NCBI GenBank assembly: GCA_964016885.1
Contig: OZ024761.1
Coordinates: 20,398,001-20,462,000, forward strand
Source of the DNA: Eledone cirrhosa
Lineage: Eukaryota
Direction: 5' to 3'
Length of the DNA: 64,000 nt
The notes under the pieces are model-generated. The model did not search any database and had not been told where the DNA came from. It saw only the letters and a program-made list of their open reading frames with translations. The position numbers were made by a program, and so were the translations under genes. Below, one piece after another: positions 61,446-64,000 of this stretch (position 1 is the stretch's first letter; every line of letters starts with the position of its first letter).

Positions 61446-63632
61446 TATATATATATATTTACATATATATATATATATGTTATTCCGGGTTGAATCGGAG
61501 GTAACCACAGTAAGTAAGGTACTCAATACATAGCAGAGTATAACATTTTTAATATAGAAGAGCTTCTACAAGACTAGAACTGATGATTTCTCACGAATGA
61601 AACAGTTCTAGTCCTGTAGAAGCTCTTCTATATTAAAACATATATATATATATAACGAAAGAAGTGTGTTAAAAAACCAGGTGGACCATAACGCACCTGA
61701 GTACTTGATACTATGGGTAATAGAATGGGCTATTTTCATATATATATTTTTTTTTATCTGAGGTATTAGGAACAATTGATGATGTTTTATAGATACTTAC
61801 AGCTGAAATCTCCCCATCCAGCAGCCATACATCTTCTTGTACCAAATGTTTCTCCTCGTTTGGCCATTGTTGCAAATTTGACACATTTATCTTGAAGGAC
61901 TGGTTTGTCCAGGGTCAATATGGCAATGTCGTTCCCTTTAGATGGTAAAATATGACAAAAAATGTGAACAATAGAATCATTTTCTCTTTCTCTTTCTTCC
62001 ACTCTCTCTCTCTCTCTCCTTCTTTTCTTCTCTTTCTTTCTATCTCTCTCCCTCTTTTCTTCTCTCTCTTTCTATCTCTCTCCCTCTTTTCTTCTCTCTC
62101 TTTCTATCCATTTCTCTATCCATTCTCCCCTCACATTTACAGGGTAGACTGGGTGCTTTTCATTGTGACACCAGCACCACCACCTTACAGACTGGACTGG
62201 GTGCATTTTATGATGGCATTACATGTACATTAACTTAGGTTTAACAGCTTTGATATATGTTTTTGACAACATGCTGGGCATATAGGCCCCTAGAGACAGG
62301 GGAAGCCCCTAGAGACATAGGAAAGACCCTAGAGATGGGGGAAAGTCCCTAGAGATGGGAGAAATAAAAGAGAGAGGAAGAAGAAGATAGTTGTAATAAA
62401 ATGTAAAAGAACATAATGGTTGTGATACTCACTAATCACATATTTGCTATTTTCATATTGACTATGTTTTACAATGTTAGTTACTTTTCTTGATTGATCT
62501 CCAGGAGTCCATTTATGCTTGGAACCAATGTTAACATGGATCTTCCTCACATTTCCTTTCCTAAAATCAAACAGAATATTTATGGTTAGAGCCACTACAT
62601 TTCTGAATTGAAGTAGGTGTAAAAACCGAAGTCGCTATCATCAATTTGGTATTCTTGCCAACCCTTACCTTTGATCATTAAACTTGGGAAATGACCGCAA
62701 GAATACAATTGAAATGCAAGTAGCTAAAATGGGGTTCCTTCAAAGGATCTCTGGAGTAATGTTACTCGATAAAATGCATAGTTCAGAGATCAGAGAGTCT
62801 CCAGGTTGAGTCACTACTTTTCCGAATTGAGAAATCACAACTCCGGTAGTATGGATGTGTGGTTAGAAAACACTGGATAGATTTTATGGGCAAATCCAAC
62901 CGACAGGAGACCCAGGGATTGACCCCTAAAAGCAAGATGATTGGATAACATCCACGAGGTCGGCTGGTCTCACTTGGAGATCCAACCAGATCAGTTGGAG
63001 ATGGTTGCTTCTGACAGGACCCACTGGAAGAAGTGTTTGAGGACTGTCCCCATCACCCTCTCACGAATAAGTGGGTGAAGAAGACTTTAATATTTTATTT
63101 CTAGGATAAAAATTACATCAAAATATCAGTTGGAGATGGTTGCTTCTAATAGAACCTGCTGGAAGAAGAAGAAAGACAAAACTAAAACATAGATTCCTAC
63201 ACTGTTCATATAGATCTAGGAGAACCTCAAAATGGAGTGAAGTAGAGAGGATTAAGTGATGGGTACTGTATTTTATCATTACTGAAAAAAAATGAACAGT
63301 AAAACAGCTTTTGGTGCGATTTTACTGCAATATTCATTACAAATATTTGCCAACCAAACATGTAGTATAAAGATGTGAAAGTGTAAATATATAAGTTAGA
63401 GAGTAGAAGTAGCTCCACACATACTGATAATATTAAGTTGTGATATCAGTTACATATATATGATATACTTACAGACAATGAGCTGCTGTCAATACATGTG
63501 TAGCATCAATCAAAGTACCTCCACATAGTCCTACAGACCTATCGGTGGGCTTGTTGAAAACTTGAAGGTGAACAATTGAGGGAAATTCACAGTTTTGTGC
63601 CGGAGAGCCATCAACAATTTGGGTGCCAGGTG
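59012..63632 (-). CDS. S1A serine protease paralogue D, exons 2-6 (63473-63632, 62433-62560, 61801-61935, 60478-60623, 59012-59161); exon 1 right of the window
   Basis: Exons of 160/128/135/146/150 nt in frame with GT-AG sites. PGTQ-IVDG, TAAHC, NDIA, GGASTCQGDSGGP, EINAFSDVGYFKDWINNHL*. Ser189, Asn226. Confidence 0.92.
62600..63085 (+). mobile_element. Degenerate RTE (Expander/Rex3-like) 3' fragment
   Basis: Reads MGFLQRISGVMLLDKMHSSEIRES...LLFRIEKSQLR*YGCVVR across frameshifts. Confidence 0.65.
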
Positions 63633-63766
63633 CTAAAGGAAAATCACAAAAGAAATATTGTATATATTTATAGATAAATTATCCTGGAATACCAACAACA
63701 AATCTATTTTTTAAACATAAATTGGAATATTTTCATAAGTAATATGATTAAATTTTATCTCTGTTC

Positions 63767-63848
<82 letters not shown>

Positions 63849-64000
63849 GAAAATCTGCTCCGAACGATTTGCATGTGTCCGAAGGAACCTGCAGCCGTAG
63901 AATCAGCCAGATCCATGCAGTGATCATGTCTCGAGCTACCTGCCGGCGAAACAATTGTAACACGCAATAAAGTGAGTCCAGATGCATCACTGATTTTTCG

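Noticed and set aside
63870-63965. Possible hammerhead with GAAA-CAATTG-TA (similar 3' halves at 42573 and 3549)
   Set aside because: 5' core absent or carrying two or more mismatches; not counted.

Overview
AT-rich eukaryotic genomic DNA saturated with (TA)n/(TATG)n microsatellites; the repeat repertoire (CORE-like and Nin-like tRNA SINEs, RTE LINEs, Penelope-like elements) and gene content suggest an octopod cephalopod (inference). The window holds a cluster of secreted, six-exon S1A chymotrypsin-fold serine protease paralogues in strictly alternating orientation (- + - + -). Two are complete and intact (39749-47927 minus; 48969-56264 plus), one has a 1-nt frameshift in exon 4 (20233-36470 plus), two run off the window edges, and there is an orphan promoter+exon 1 with a dead splice donor. 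Introns and spacers are filled with RTE LINEs carrying a PHD-like finger, GIY-YIG Penelope-like fragments, an RLE-type LINE, SINEs, piggyBac-like MITEs and minisatellites. The most striking unannotated signal is about 23 type I hammerhead-ribozyme motifs (CUGANGA...GAAA-stem III-UH, stem III often a short palindrome) from many unrelated families, often inside large fold-back palindromes that abut (TA)n tracts. Almost all ORF-track entries are microsatellite artefacts. All coordinates and folds were read by eye, with no database search.
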